Numbered from the stretch's first letter, positions 1 to 9,826 are shown. The stretch is DNA of 30,898 nt from Verrucomicrobiota bacterium (GCA_003219115.1 QHPN01000101.1:1-30898); one strand, 5' to 3'. Made by a program: numbers and translations. The notes: a model not told the origin generated them from the sequence alone.

Positions 1-1
1 C

Positions 2-1033
2 CCGTCGCGCAAAAATGTTAGAGAGCGTTTTGGGCGTCATCATCCCACTGGAAAGCGCATAAACGCGGCCGGCGCGCGCCGGAGAATCGTTGATCGTCTG
101 GCCATTCAGGACAAAAGGCGCCACGTCTTGCATCAATTGCACGCGTGGCCATTGCCGGCGCGTTTGATTGGCCCGCCAATCGTAAACCGCTGTCATTTTC
201 GAGCTCAGTCCGCCGATGTAAGCCGGGAAATCCAATTGTTGTTGGCGGCGAAACTCATAAAACATCCCGAGCGCTTCCTGCGTTTTTCCGAGCGCGAAAA
301 CCGGAATCAGCGCGCAGCCCCCGCGGCTAAAGGTTGCTTCAATCGCGGTTGCCAGTTTTTTTTCTTCCGACGCGCGTGACCAGCCGGCGGGCTCGGGATG
401 ATCGCCGCGAGTGCACTCCATGATCAGGACGTCGATAGAGCTTTGCGGAAAAATCGCCGATTGCATGATCGTTTGATCATCGAAATTAACGTCGCCGGTG
501 TAGAAAATGGTTCGACCTTCCGCGTGCAAAAGAATTCCGGACGAGCCGAGGACGTGTCCGGCATCCCAGAATTCGAAGGCTAACGCGCCGCCATCGGCGA
601 CGCGATCACCGGTTGTGGTGTGGGGCTGGCGGTATTGGCACCGATACCACTGCTCGCTGCTGCGATCGATTTGGCGATGGCCAAAAAGCGGATAGATGGT
701 GAGGCCGAGGTCCTCACGCTGCCGCGTCATAACGTTAACGGAATTGTGGAGGAGAAGAGAGCCGATTTCGCTGGTCGGTTCAGTCATGAAAACGCGCGCG
801 TGCGGCTGGTGTCGCATCAGGACAGGAAGTGTCCCGATGTGATCTTGATGGGCATGGCTAATAAGAATGGCATCGATCGTTCGGCCTTCGATTGGCTTCC
901 AGTTTGGGAGCGCGTTCTCGCCTACCTCTTTCGGATGCATCCCACTATCCAGAATCAGTCGCTCGCCGCCGGCTTCGAGGTAGTAAGAGTTCGCGCCGAT
1001 TTCGGTGTGGCGGGTAAGATTGACGAACTTCAT
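2..1033 (-). CDS. Metallo-beta-lactamase / beta-CASP family ribonuclease (CPSF73/YSH1-like), 3' end runs off the window
   Basis: Translated by hand from ATG at 1033 with no stop before the window edge: MKFVNLTRHTEIGANSYYL...LDSGMHP...ISHAHQDHIG (HxHxDH)...DAGHVLGS...FYTGD...MECTRG...IPVFALGKTQE. Confidence 0.9.
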   Translation of the reverse strand, partial: MKFVNLTRHTEIGANSYYLEAGGERLILDSGMHPKEVGENALPNWKPIEGRTIDAILISHAHQDHIGTLPVLMRHQPHARVFMTEPTSEIGSLLLHNSVNVMTRQREDLGLTIYPLFGHRQIDRSSEQWYRCQYRQPHTTTGDRVADGGALAFEFWDAGHVLGSSGILLHAEGRTIFYTGDVNFDDQTIMQSAIFPQSSIDVLIMECTRGDHPEPAGWSRASEEKKLATAIEATFSRGGCALIPVFALGKTQEALGMFYEFRRQQQLDFPAYIGGLSSKMTAVYDWRANQTRRQWPRVQLMQDVAPFVLNGQTINDSPARAGRVYALSSGMMTPKTLSNIFARR

Positions 1034-1050
1034 GCCGTCGAACTGTTGAG

Positions 1051-1121
1051 TCTTCCTCTTCCTCTCAGTCTTATTCTGAGGATCGCACTAAGGTCGAGAT
1101 TAAGACGAGGAGAAAGAGGAA
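1051..1121. repeat. Short-unit array (TCTnnn, 6-bp period) followed by a loosely inverted purine-rich array
   Basis: TCT at 1051, 1057, 1063, 1069 and 1075, then gagattaagacgaggagaaagaggaa at 1096-1121. Confidence 0.5.
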
Positions 1122-1144
1122 TAAATCCGGATTAACTACATCAC

Positions 1145-1176
1145 GTTTTCGAAAATCAGCATCCGGATTCGAAAAC
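1145..1176. other. Perfect 9-bp inverted repeat with 14-nt spacer (possible operator or hairpin)
   Basis: gttttcgaa 1145-1153 / ttcgaaaac 1168-1176, upstream of the beta-CASP gene. Confidence 0.35.
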
Positions 1177-1185
1177 AGAATACGC

Positions 1186-1307
1186 TGTCATCCCGAGTCG
1201 CGCAGACGATGCGGGATCTCACCTATCCCTGCATAGTTCGATCAAGCTTGTGTGATCAATGACCTTTGGTGAAATCCCTCTCCCGGAACTGCGGGATCGG
1301 GATGACA
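1186..1307. repeat. TGTCAT-ended palindromic REP-like doublet, copy 1
   Basis: 11-bp perfect terminal IR tgtcatcccga/tcgggatgaca and inner gggatctcacc/ggtgaaatccc. Closely similar to 10085-10190. Confidence 0.85.
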
Positions 1308-1321
1308 TAGCAGAAGCGCCG

Positions 1322-2365
1322 TTACAGAAGCTCCTCGAAGATTCGCATCCAGTTTCGAAACAGGATTTTTTCGATCTGCTCGTCGCTAAATCCGTGTTCA
1401 ATCAATTTAGCGGTGACGTTGCGCGCGTGACCATGGTGCAAAAGGTCGGGAATGGAATGGACATGGGGGAATTTTTTATGGAACGCAGCGCGCTCTTCTT
1501 CGGACCAACGCCGGTAAAAGAACTCGAAGAAATCGAAGCCAATACCGACGCCATCGATCCCGATCAAATCGATCACATGCTGAATATGATTGACGTAACG
1601 ATCGAGAGTGGCTTCTTCTTTTTTTGAACTAACGAGAATCGAATTGACGCCGATGACTCCGCCGCGGGCGCCGATCGCCTTGATTTGTTCGTCGCTGATG
1701 TTGCGTTCGATGTCGTAATATTTGCGCGTGTTCGTGTGCGAAACGATTACCGGGCGAGTGGTATTTTCCAAAATGTCGCCAAACCCGGCGGGATTGATAT
1801 GAGCCAGATCGAGAATGACGCCAAGCCGCTCGCATTCACGAACCAGTTCACAACCAAAGGCGGTCAGTCCTTCCGGCGAGGAACCGCTGGGCGCGAAAAC
1901 GCCGCCGTGACCAGCCGCGTTGCTGCGCGCATGAGTGAGGCCAAGGATGCGCAGCCCCAGCTCGTAAAAAATTCGCAACAAATTGAGATCGGCACCGAGT
2001 GGTTCGGCTCCTTCCATCGCAATCAAAAGTCCAATTTTTCCTTGCTCACGCGCGCGTTTGATCTCCGCATACGAGCGGCAGATGGCGAATCGATGGCAGC
2101 GTTCCGCTTCCACGTAAGTTCGCGCCACTTGCGCCAGGGCCACTTCCAGCGCGCGATCAGGCACATATTGGTCTTCGATGTAAATGCCGGCCGCTACCGT
2201 TCCGATGTCGCCCGCTTCAAATTCCGAAAGAAAATCGTCCGCCAGCACGTTCTCGCGGTCTCGGTTGTCGTACAAAAACATCGGCAAATCGAAATGCAGA
2301 TCGATCATTCCTGCGCCATGTAGTCGTGCGATTCGCTCTTCCATTGATTCGGGCGAAGGATTCAT
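1322..2365 (-). CDS. Membrane dipeptidase family (peptidase M19, amidohydrolase fold)
   Basis: 347 aa with DLHFD, MEGAEP, LGLTH, DLAH, VSH and GIGFDF motifs. Confidence 0.9.
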   Translation of the reverse strand: MNPSPESMEERIARLHGAGMIDLHFDLPMFLYDNRDRENVLADDFLSEFEAGDIGTVAAGIYIEDQYVPDRALEVALAQVARTYVEAERCHRFAICRSYAEIKRAREQGKIGLLIAMEGAEPLGADLNLLRIFYELGLRILGLTHARSNAAGHGGVFAPSGSSPEGLTAFGCELVRECERLGVILDLAHINPAGFGDILENTTRPVIVSHTNTRKYYDIERNISDEQIKAIGARGGVIGVNSILVSSKKEEATLDRYVNHIQHVIDLIGIDGVGIGFDFFEFFYRRWSEEERAAFHKKFPHVHSIPDLLHHGHARNVTAKLIEHGFSDEQIEKILFRNWMRIFEELL

Positions 2366-2421
2366 TTGCTGTCAGCGAAGTCTAGCAGATAAGCACGAAC
2401 AATGGGCGTGGCATGCGGGAT

Positions 2422-2505
2422 TCTGGGGAGCGCAGGCTGCCAGCCTGTGTTCGTCGGCAGCTTGCCGACGAAATCGTGTTCGGCAAGCTGCCTGCGCTGC
2501 CCAGA
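2422..2505. repeat. GGAG-tagged palindromic REP-like element with truncated right arm
   Basis: tctggggagcgcaggc / gcctgcgctgcccaga arms and internal hairpin tcgtcggcagcttgccgacga (2451-2471). The left-arm segment tgccagcctg has no complement on the right. Confidence 0.8.
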
Positions 2506-2541
2506 CACAACCGCCGCGCTTAATTTCAATGTCCGAGCACA

Positions 2542-3768
2542 CTACGGCGCCGGTGGCGACGGTACGATGTCGGTCGCTTCCGCTCGATGTTTCTGCCGTG
2601 GCCATGCGAAAGCGAGAATTCCCAGCAACCATGCTGTGGCCAACGGCACCAGTCCGGGAACCCAAATCGCATAGCGCGATATGATCAGGAACGCGATGAG
2701 GCAATACGCCGCGGTGAAAGCGATTAATCCAAGGAGGAGATCGACCCGCGAAGCTCGCACCCCGCGCGAACCGAGAACCGCGATGAGCAGGATTACGGCG
2801 CAGTCAAAGACGACGCTAACGCGGCGAGCAAAATGATTCGATTGCAGCGTCGCGATGGTGGCAGCGAAGACATCGGGCGAGGCGAGCGGATTTGTGGGAG
2901 TCCGCACAAGGATCAGTTCGTCGTGCAAACTTTGTAGCGGGGAGTTTTGCCGTTGCTGTGCGAGCAGTAGCAATTCGTTTAAGGAGAACCGCCGTCCAAG
3001 CTTGGACGCGTTGGGATTTACCGTCAGCGACCCGTCCCAATCGATCGGAATCCTCCGCCCTCCCGGCAGCGCGATGTGCGAGCCGATTTGAATTTGCACT
3101 TCGCTCATCGCTATGCGTGCCCAGCTGAGAAAGGCCTGCAAGGCAAAGGCTGGAATGACTTCGCCGCGATAGTTAAAGAGCAAGGGAACGCGCGTGGGAG
3201 AATTCCCCGATAAGTTGATGTAACCGAGCGACGAGATTAGTCGCAAATCTTCGTCGGGTTGGCGCTGCACTCCAGTGTAGGTGGGAAGGTCGCCTCGACG
3301 CCCGCTCACGTGCACAAAACCTGGAATCTCCGTGGGTGGCGCATCCGGATCGGGCGTCGAGGTTAACTCGGCTGAGAGCAGCAGTTTCGGAACGCGCATT
3401 GCCTGATCGAGAAAAACCTGTTCCTGATCCCTGTCGCGCTCGTGCCATTTCAAGAGTGGTTCGACGGCCACTATCGTCGGCCTGAAATCGAGAATGGCCT
3501 GAAAGAAGAGCGCGAACTCGAGTGGCGAAACTGCGCTGGCGTTACCGCGTGGTGCAGTAGAAGCCGGTGGTGCCGTTTGATTCGGCTGCGTTTCAACTAT
3601 GGGCGCGGCGCCGATTTCGACCACCGTTAACGGAACATGCTCTCCTGATGCCGGAGTATTTCGCAAGAGCCAGTTGAGGAAAAATCCGTCCGCTTTCTCC
3701 ACGTAGGGATCGCGCGCCAGCAGCAATGCCGTGAGCACGATAACGATGGCGAGAAGAAGACGCTGCAT
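2542..3768 (-). CDS. CHASE2-like extracytoplasmic sensor membrane protein without an output domain
   Basis: 408 aa: N-terminal hydrophobic helix, a large soluble domain (LGYINL...VPLLFNYRGEVIPAFALQA...IPIDWDGSLTVN), three C-terminal hydrophobic segments and a short tail. Confidence 0.65.
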   Translation of the reverse strand: MQRLLLAIVIVLTALLLARDPYVEKADGFFLNWLLRNTPASGEHVPLTVVEIGAAPIVETQPNQTAPPASTAPRGNASAVSPLEFALFFQAILDFRPTIVAVEPLLKWHERDRDQEQVFLDQAMRVPKLLLSAELTSTPDPDAPPTEIPGFVHVSGRRGDLPTYTGVQRQPDEDLRLISSLGYINLSGNSPTRVPLLFNYRGEVIPAFALQAFLSWARIAMSEVQIQIGSHIALPGGRRIPIDWDGSLTVNPNASKLGRRFSLNELLLLAQQRQNSPLQSLHDELILVRTPTNPLASPDVFAATIATLQSNHFARRVSVVFDCAVILLIAVLGSRGVRASRVDLLLGLIAFTAAYCLIAFLIISRYAIWVPGLVPLATAWLLGILAFAWPRQKHRAEATDIVPSPPAP

Positions 3769-3776
3769 CGCGCGCG

Positions 3777-3805
3777 AAGTTAGAAACGACCCGCCGTAAA
3801 GACAA
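3777..3805 (-). promoter_or_regulatory. Sigma70-type promoter, probably leaderless
   Basis: Minus strand TTGTCT-17 bp-TAACTT, then 8 nt to the ATG at 3768. No SD. Confidence 0.5.
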
Positions 3806-3817
3806 ACTTAATCGCGG

Positions 3818-3968
3818 ATCGTAGCGGCGACGCCCTCGTCGGCGGAAGTGTTCGCGGCGCCCTCGCCGCGACGGTTCTGGCGCAGACGGGCTACTTTTTG
3901 CGTTCACTTTAGTGTGGCAGCGAGGGCGCCGCCTTCACTGCCTGCGACGAGGGCGTCGCAGCTACGAT
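3818..3968. repeat. GTAG-tagged nested inverted repeat (REPIN-like)
   Basis: 24-bp IR with 1 mismatch (atcgtagcggcgacgccctcgtcg / cgacgagggcgtcgcagctacgat) plus a perfect inner 13-bp IR at 3854-3866 / 3920-3932. Confidence 0.9.
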
Positions 3969-4019
3969 CATCCAAGAATGACTTTTTACCGATACGTTTT
4001 AAGCTGCCCCTGCTCGTAA

Positions 4020-6224
4020 ATGAAACGATTCGACATCTCCGTCCTTATGACTGATGAGCTGCGCGCGTTCCTGCACGGCGCGCACCCAGATCCATTTCGC
4101 ATTCTCGGCCCGCACCGCTTGCACGAAGACGTTTTGGTCCGCGTATTTCGTCCCGATGCGCGTGAGGTTTCGATCAAGCTCGACAACAATGGCGCGATTG
4201 TTCCGGCCGAGAAAATTCAAGGCGAAGGGCTTTTCCAAGCAACGCTGGAGAAATGCGCCCGCGATGTTCCTTACACCCTCAAGATCAAACGCTGGGACGG
4301 TAGCGAACAGATTACGCGCGATCCGTATTCCTACGGCGTGATCATGGGCGAAGTCGATCTGCATCTCTTCGGCGAAGGGCAACACTGGCGGCTCTACGAG
4401 AAATTTGGCGCGCATGTTCGGAAGGTCGGTGAAGCCCTGGGAGTTTACTTTGCGGTCTGGGCTCCGAATGCACAACGCGTGAGCGTGGTTGGCGATTTCA
4501 ACGGTTGGGATGGACGAGTTCACCCCATGCGCAGGCTGATCGGGAGCGGAGTGTGGGAATTGTTCATTCCAGGCATCGGCGAAAACGCGCACTACAAGTT
4601 TGAAATCCGCACCGGCCATGGCGCGATTTTCTTAAAAAGCGATCCGTTCGCCTTTTTCAGCCAGCACGGCAAGGAAACGGCATCGTTGGTCTACGATTTG
4701 GCCCGTTATCAGTGGGCCGACGGCGCGTGGATGGAGGCGCGGCGGTCGAAGAATTTGTCGGGCAGCCCGCTCAGCATCTATGAAGTGCATCTCGGATCGT
4801 GGCGGCGAAAGGCAGAGGAAGGGAATCGTTTCCTCAGTTATCTGGAACTGGCCGGCACCCTTCTGCCGTATGTGCTCGAGATGGGTTACACCCATATCGA
4901 ATTAATGCCGGTGGCAGAGCATCCGTTCGAGGGTTCGTGGGGCTATCAGGTCACGAATTACTTCGCGCCGACCAGTCGCTTTGGAAAACCGGATGAGCTT
5001 CGGTATTTTATCGACCGCTGTCATCAAGCCGGCATCGGCGTGATCATGGATTGGGTGCCGGCGCATTTCCCGAAGGATGTCCACGGTCTGGCGGAATTCG
5101 ACGGGACCGACCTCTACGAACACACGGACCCGCGTCAGGGCGAGCACATGGATTGGGGGACGCTCATTTTCAATTTCGGGCGCAACGAAGTCCGGAATTT
5201 CCTCATCGCGAATGCGCTCTTCTGGCTCGACCAATATCACATCGACGGTTTGCGGGTCGATGCGGTCGCCTCGATGCTGTATTTGGATTATTCGCGCAAG
5301 GAAGGACAGTGGATCCCGAATGTTTTCGGCGGCCGCGAAAATCTCGATGCGGTTTTTTTCCTGAAACGGTTCAACGAAGTCTGCTACGAACGTTTCCCCG
5401 GCATCATGACGATCGCCGAGGAATCAACCGCCTGGCCCGGTGTTACGCGCCCAACTTATCTCGGCGGCCTGGGCTTCGGGTTTAAATGGAACATGGGCTG
5501 GATGCACGATTTCCTCGAATTCATGCAGCTCGATCCGATTTATCGCCGGTTTCATCAGGGAAACATCACCTTCTCGCTGCTCTACGCTTTCCAGGAGCAC
5601 TTCGTTCTGGTGCTGAGTCACGACGAAGTTGTGCATGGGAAACGGTCGCTGCTTTCAAAAATGCCGGGCGATGTGTGGCAGAAATTCGCCAATCTGCGGA
5701 TGTTTTATGCGTGGATGTTCGGTCACCCTGGGAAAAAGCTGGTCTTTATGGGGGGCGAATTCGGGCAGTGGCGCGAATGGAATCATGATGCGTCATTGGA
5801 TTGGGGATTGCTACAGTCGCCTTTACACGACGGGCTTCGCCGACTGGTTCAGCATTTGAATTATCTTTATAAGAGTGAGCCAGCGCTGTGGGACCAGGAC
5901 GATGCTTACGAAGGATTCGAGTGGATTGATTTTCACGACGCTGAAAACAGCGTGATCGCGTGGGTGCGCAAGTCGCGCGAGGGTGAGATGATCGTTTTCA
6001 TCATAAACGCCACGCCGGTAGTGCGTTACCAGTATCACATCGGAGCCCCCGGAGCCGGCTATTACCGCGAAATCATCAATACCGACGCCGAAACCTACGG
6101 TGGCGGCAATGTGGGGAATCTCGGCGGGATTGCTGCCACCGACGAACCCTGGCAGGGCCGCGAGCATTCCCTCTATGTCAATCTGCCACCGCTGGCGACA
6201 GTGGCGCTTAAGAAACAAAATTGA
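4020..6224 (+). CDS. glgB: 1,4-alpha-glucan branching enzyme
   Basis: 734 aa with [53 protein letters not shown] and [10 protein letters not shown]. Confidence 0.98.
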   Translation: MKRFDISVLMTDELRAFLHGAHPDPFRILGPHRLHEDVLVRVFRPDAREVSIKLDNNGAIVPAEKIQGEGLFQATLEKCARDVPYTLKIKRWDGSEQITRDPYSYGVIMGEVDLHLFGEGQHWRLYEKFGAHVRKVGEALGVYFAVWAPNAQRVSVVGDFNGWDGRVHPMRRLIGSGVWELFIPGIGENAHYKFEIRTGHGAIFLKSDPFAFFSQHGKETASLVYDLARYQWADGAWMEARRSKNLSGSPLSIYEVHLGSWRRKAEEGNRFLSYLELAGTLLPYVLEMGYTHIELMPVAEHPFEGSWGYQVTNYFAPTSRFGKPDELRYFIDRCHQAGIGVIMDWVPAHFPKDVHGLAEFDGTDLYEHTDPRQGEHMDWGTLIFNFGRNEVRNFLIANALFWLDQYHIDGLRVDAVASMLYLDYSRKEGQWIPNVFGGRENLDAVFFLKRFNEVCYERFPGIMTIAEESTAWPGVTRPTYLGGLGFGFKWNMGWMHDFLEFMQLDPIYRRFHQGNITFSLLYAFQEHFVLVLSHDEVVHGKRSLLSKMPGDVWQKFANLRMFYAWMFGHPGKKLVFMGGEFGQWREWNHDASLDWGLLQSPLHDGLRRLVQHLNYLYKSEPALWDQDDAYEGFEWIDFHDAENSVIAWVRKSREGEMIVFIINATPVVRYQYHIGAPGAGYYREIINTDAETYGGGNVGNLGGIAATDEPWQGREHSLYVNLPPLATVALKKQN

Positions 6225-6246
6225 AAAAGAATTGAAAAAGAAAAGC

Positions 6247-6276
6247 TTGCCAACTGAGACGCTTTTTTGGTAGCTT
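6247..6276 (+). promoter_or_regulatory. Sigma70-type promoter for the prepilin-type gene
   Basis: TTGCCA-18 bp-TAGCTT with an extended -10 TG, followed by an A/C-rich leader without a clear SD. Confidence 0.5.
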
Positions 6277-6308
6277 ATATTTTCTAGAAACCAACAACAT
6301 TCTTCCCT

Positions 6309-6992
6309 ATGAAAACACGTTCCCAATCCGCATTCACATTAATCGAAATGCTCGTTGTAATTTCGATCATCGCCGTCCTCGCCGCCTTCGCTGTGCCCGC
6401 TCTTACCAGCGCGCTAACAAAAGGCCAGATGACCGGCACAATGAACAACGCCCGTCAAATGTACCTGGCTGGCCAGCAAATGGCACTCGATGGCGCGGCT
6501 AATTCCGACCCGAATCTCGTCTTTCCCGGCGATGATGCCACCATCCTGAGTGTTAGCGATTATATGACCAGACTGGTGAACAATGACTACCTTAAGCCTG
6601 GCGACGTTCAAAAGCTCCTGAACGGTCCAGGAACGAATGCTTCGGTAGCGTACGCCGCAGGGCCGCCTGCTACCATAACTATGGGCGGAACGACTCCGGC
6701 TCTGAAAATATTCAGAGTTACCGACGCAAATTCCTCGAACGTGGTCTTCATTGAAAGCAATAATTACACCTACGACACCGCTCTTCCTGCTAACACCAAC
6801 CCGTTCGGTGACAAAGGATTCATCGTTCAGCGCAAAGGCGGCGATGCTAGTATCCTGCGGAAGAACAATGCGACCGTTGCTCTCGCAGGAGGCAACGCGT
6901 CAGTCTTCCAGAGCACAGTCGGTAAACAGCTTAGTGATGCTGACGGCACGGTCACTGCTGAGGTCCCAGGAAACCTGCTAACATACCCGTAA
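6309..6992 (+). CDS. Prepilin-type N-terminal cleavage/methylation domain protein (type IV pilin / T2SS pseudopilin-like)
   Basis: MKTRSQSA|FTLIEMLVVISIIAVLAAFAVP class III signal with Glu at +5. 227 aa, no cysteines. Confidence 0.85.
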   Translation: MKTRSQSAFTLIEMLVVISIIAVLAAFAVPALTSALTKGQMTGTMNNARQMYLAGQQMALDGAANSDPNLVFPGDDATILSVSDYMTRLVNNDYLKPGDVQKLLNGPGTNASVAYAAGPPATITMGGTTPALKIFRVTDANSSNVVFIESNNYTYDTALPANTNPFGDKGFIVQRKGGDASILRKNNATVALAGGNASVFQSTVGKQLSDADGTVTAEVPGNLLTYP

Positions 6993-7022
6993 TAGCAGTC
7001 GAGCTGCGAGAAGTCAGATTTG

Positions 7023-7057
7023 AATTCGCCGTGCGTTCGCGCACGGCGAATTTTTTT
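7023..7057 (+). terminator. Intrinsic terminator after the pilin gene
   Basis: 13-bp stem aattcgccgtgcg-TTCG-cgcacggcgaatt running into a T tract (7051-7057). Confidence 0.85.
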
Positions 7058-7064
7058 CTCCTCG

Positions 7065-7142
7065 TTCCTGCTCATTCCGAGCGTAGTCCAGGAACCTCTA
7101 GCTAAGTCACAAATGTCTCGAGTGCGCTCGACATGACAGGAA
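7065..7142. repeat. TGTCAT-family palindromic doublet, copy 2 (degenerate)
   Basis: tcattccgagcgtagtccagga ... atgtctcgagtgcgctcgacatgacaggaa. The right unit is the near reverse complement of 17664-17690. Confidence 0.7.
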
Positions 7143-7161
7143 TGCGAGTTGGGGGCGATGT

Positions 7162-8526
7162 CTACGCGACGTCCGACTCAATTGCCCCATCAGTCACACG
7201 CGTGCGCAATCGGTCGCCGCGCTTTACTTGCGTGACTGAGCGAACGATGGCGCCCGTGGCGTCCGTGGTCATGCTGTAGCCCCGGCCCAATGTCGCGTCG
7301 GGTCCGAGGACAGCGAGAACCTTCTCCGATCGCTCAAAACGTCTCCACATGGCAGCCGTTAATTGGGCCGGACACGCTGCCAATCGCCTCGCGATCTCGG
7401 CAACTCGATTTCGCCGCAAAACAATCTCGCGAGACGGATCGTGGCGTCGAAGCGCAGCGCCGTTTTCTGCCAAACGGCCGCGCCAATTTCCAACAAATCC
7501 AACCGCATTCCGCTGCAAACTTTCGCGACGCCAATCGAGCGTTTGTTTGCCTTCCTGCATCCGGCGCAATAATTCGCGGGAGACGGCCCGCTCGGAAAAT
7601 AAGCGCAATCGCGTTCGCTCCCGTGCGATGAAACTCTGCCAGCACCGATTCAGGCAAAGCGCCAGCTCATTCACCCGTCGTTCCAGCTCGATCGCAGCGG
7701 GCACAATCAATTCCGCTGCCGCACTCGGCGTCGGCGCGCGCAAATCCGCCACAAAGTCCGCAATTGTGAAATCAACTTCGTGTCCAACCGCGGAAACAAT
7801 CGGAACCAGCGCCGCAGCGATAGCGCGCGCCACCACTTCCTCATTAAATTCCCACAGATCTTCTATGCTGCCGCCGCCGCGGGCGACGACGATCAAATCG
7901 AGCGGCGGCCAGATCTTGCTTGGATTTGAAAGCTCGTTGATGGCCGAGGCAATTTCTGCGGCTGCACCCGCGCCCTGGACGCGAACCGGATTGATCAGAA
8001 TTTCAATTCCGCGTGCGCGCCGTCGCAGGATGTTGAGAATGTCGCGGATTGCTACACCGCTCGGGGAAGTAACAATTCCGATCCGTTTTGGGAATTGCGG
8101 GAGCGGTTTCTTGCGCGCCTGATCGAACAGTCCTTCCGCTTCCAACTTGCGTTTGAGCGCCTCGAATTTTGCCTGCAGCAAGCCCAACCCGCGAGGCTGG
8201 ACAATTTCAACGCTGAGCTGGTACTGCCCCCGCGCCTCAAAGACACTGACGCTGCCGTAAACCTGCACTTGCGCGCCATCGGCCAGCGGTTGACGCAGTG
8301 TGAGTGGCGCGTTTCGAAAAATCACGCACGCGATCTGGGCGCGTGAATCCTTAAGGGTGAAGTACTGATGGCCTGAAGGATGTTGTTTGTAATTCGAGAT
8401 CTCGCCCTGCACCCAGACGCCGCGGAATCTGGTTTCCAGCGCGCCGCGGATTGCGCGCGTCAATTCCGCGACGGTGAGAATTTTGGTAGCGGTAGAGCCG
8501 AAGAGATCGGTAGTCACAGATTGCAC
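7162..8526 (-). CDS. xseA: Exodeoxyribonuclease VII large subunit
   Basis: 454 aa, GTG start, with VWVQGEISN, SGHQYFTLKD, IGIVTSP, ARGGGSIEDLW, SAVGHEVD, ADLRAPTPSAAAE and LGRGYS. Confidence 0.96.
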   Translation of the reverse strand: MQSVTTDLFGSTATKILTVAELTRAIRGALETRFRGVWVQGEISNYKQHPSGHQYFTLKDSRAQIACVIFRNAPLTLRQPLADGAQVQVYGSVSVFEARGQYQLSVEIVQPRGLGLLQAKFEALKRKLEAEGLFDQARKKPLPQFPKRIGIVTSPSGVAIRDILNILRRRARGIEILINPVRVQGAGAAAEIASAINELSNPSKIWPPLDLIVVARGGGSIEDLWEFNEEVVARAIAAALVPIVSAVGHEVDFTIADFVADLRAPTPSAAAELIVPAAIELERRVNELALCLNRCWQSFIARERTRLRLFSERAVSRELLRRMQEGKQTLDWRRESLQRNAVGFVGNWRGRLAENGAALRRHDPSREIVLRRNRVAEIARRLAACPAQLTAAMWRRFERSEKVLAVLGPDATLGRGYSMTTDATGAIVRSVTQVKRGDRLRTRVTDGAIESDVA

Positions 8527-8535
8527 AATTAATGA

Positions 8536-8544
8536 ACATTAACA
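8536..8544 (-). promoter_or_regulatory. Extended -10 element, near-leaderless xseA
   Basis: Minus strand TGtTAATGT, 9 nt before the GTG start. Confidence 0.4.
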
Positions 8545-8566
8545 CATGACGCGATCACGCGTCTCT

Positions 8567-8678
8567 GGGTAGCGCACGCGTCTCGCGTGTTGGTTTCGGC
8601 GTCTCGCCGAAACAGCCTTACAGAGAAGTCCGCGATGACGAGACGTCATCGCCAACACGCGAGACGCGTGCGCTACCC
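8567..8678. repeat. GTAG-tagged four-hairpin REPIN-like element, copy A
   Basis: Perfect 27-bp IR gggtagcgcacgcgtctcgcgtgttgg / ccaacacgcgagacgcgtgcgctaccc. All four hairpins have TCT or AGA loops. Confidence 0.95.
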
Positions 8679-8697
8679 GGAATTATTGCGCGCTCGA

Positions 8698-9702
8698 TCA
8701 TCCGCCAAACAAATCATTCTGCGCCCCGCTCGGGGGCTTGAGCCCCAGCTTGCGATAGGCATTCGGCAGCGCCACCCGGCCCTGTGGCGTCCGCTTGATG
8801 TAACCCTGCATGATCAAATACGGCTCGTTCACTTCTTCCAGCGTTCCCGCTTCCTCGCCGACTGCCACCGCTAACGAGTTTAAGCCAACCGGCCCGCCAT
8901 TAAATTTGTGAATCAAGGTTTCAACGATCCGTTTGTCCCATTCGTCGAATCCGTCGCGGTCGATCTCGAGCATGGCCAGGGCGCGATCCGCCAGATCTCC
9001 ATTGATTTTTCCCTCCGCCTTCACCTGAACATAATCGCGCACCCACCAGAGTAGGTTATTGGCAGTGCGAGGCGTTCCACGCGACCGCGAAGCGATCTCC
9101 TTTGCTCCATCGTCATCGATCTCAACGTTCAATAATCCCGCGCTGCGCCGGACGATTCTGTGCATTTCCTCTGCACCATAATAATCGAGCCGCGCCGTTG
9201 TTCCGAAACGCGAACGCAACGGCGCGCTCACCATTCCCGCGCGCGTCGTCGCCCCGATCAACGTAAACTTCGGCAATTGCAATCGCAGACTCCGGGCCTG
9301 CGGCCCCTGATCAATGATGATGTCGAGCCGGTAATCTTCCATCGCCGGATAGAGATACTCTTCAATCGTGGGTTGAAGCCGGTGAATCTCGTCGATGAAA
9401 AGCACGTCGCCTTTCTCCAAACTCGTCAGCAGCCCGGCCAATTCGCCTGCTTTTTCGATTACTGGCCCACTTGTGTTCTTAACGTTCACGTCCATCTCGT
9501 GAGCAATGATATTGGCCAGGGTTGTTTTGCCGAGACCCGGCGGCCCGCTCAATAGGATATGTTGAAGGACGTCAGCCCGCTTTTTCGCTGCTGCCACCAA
9601 AAGCTCCAACCGTTCGCAGACTTTCGCCTGCCCCGTGAACTCGCTGAACATGGGTGGTCGCAGCGAGACTTCGAGAGCGGGATCCGGTTCCGGCGGTTTC
9701 AT
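8698..9702 (-). CDS. ruvB: Holliday junction branch-migration ATPase RuvB
   Basis: 334 aa with [14 protein letters not shown] (Walker A), [37 protein letters not shown] and [10 protein letters not shown]. Confidence 0.98.
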   Translation of the reverse strand: MKPPEPDPALEVSLRPPMFSEFTGQAKVCERLELLVAAAKKRADVLQHILLSGPPGLGKTTLANIIAHEMDVNVKNTSGPVIEKAGELAGLLTSLEKGDVLFIDEIHRLQPTIEEYLYPAMEDYRLDIIIDQGPQARSLRLQLPKFTLIGATTRAGMVSAPLRSRFGTTARLDYYGAEEMHRIVRRSAGLLNVEIDDDGAKEIASRSRGTPRTANNLLWWVRDYVQVKAEGKINGDLADRALAMLEIDRDGFDEWDKRIVETLIHKFNGGPVGLNSLAVAVGEEAGTLEEVNEPYLIMQGYIKRTPQGRVALPNAYRKLGLKPPSGAQNDLFGG

Positions 9703-9776
9703 CGTCGATCTAGAGCAAACCTCATAACATCGAACGAAAGATTACGCACGATGCGATTTTGAAATAACGGTGAAGC

Positions 9777-9805
9777 GTTAAAGTGGTTAAGACGTTAAAT
9801 GTTCA
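9777..9805. repeat. Short GTTAA-unit array (8-9 bp period)
   Basis: GTTAA at 9777, 9786 and 9794 and GTTCA at 9801. Same unit as 13415-13492. Confidence 0.45.
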
Positions 9806-9826
9806 GATCGGCGCATGCGCGCTGAT

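Noticed and set aside
128-1135. Plus-strand ORFs 128-379, 398-583 and 620-1135
   Set aside because: They are antisense shadows of the beta-CASP gene and have no motifs. Most other short overlapping ORFs in the track were rejected for the same reason.
6219-6240. Tandem aattgaaaaag duplication at the glgB stop
   Set aside because: A two-copy A-rich duplication with no evident function.
4020-8526. glgB without glgA/glgC and xseA without xseB as unusual
   Set aside because: Dispersal of these genes is common, and the partners may lie elsewhere in the genome.
8527-9826. SOS/LexA boxes upstream of xseA or ruvB
   Set aside because: No TGTTC-N4-GAACA, CTGT-N8-ACAG or GAAC-N4-GTTC match was found by eye.
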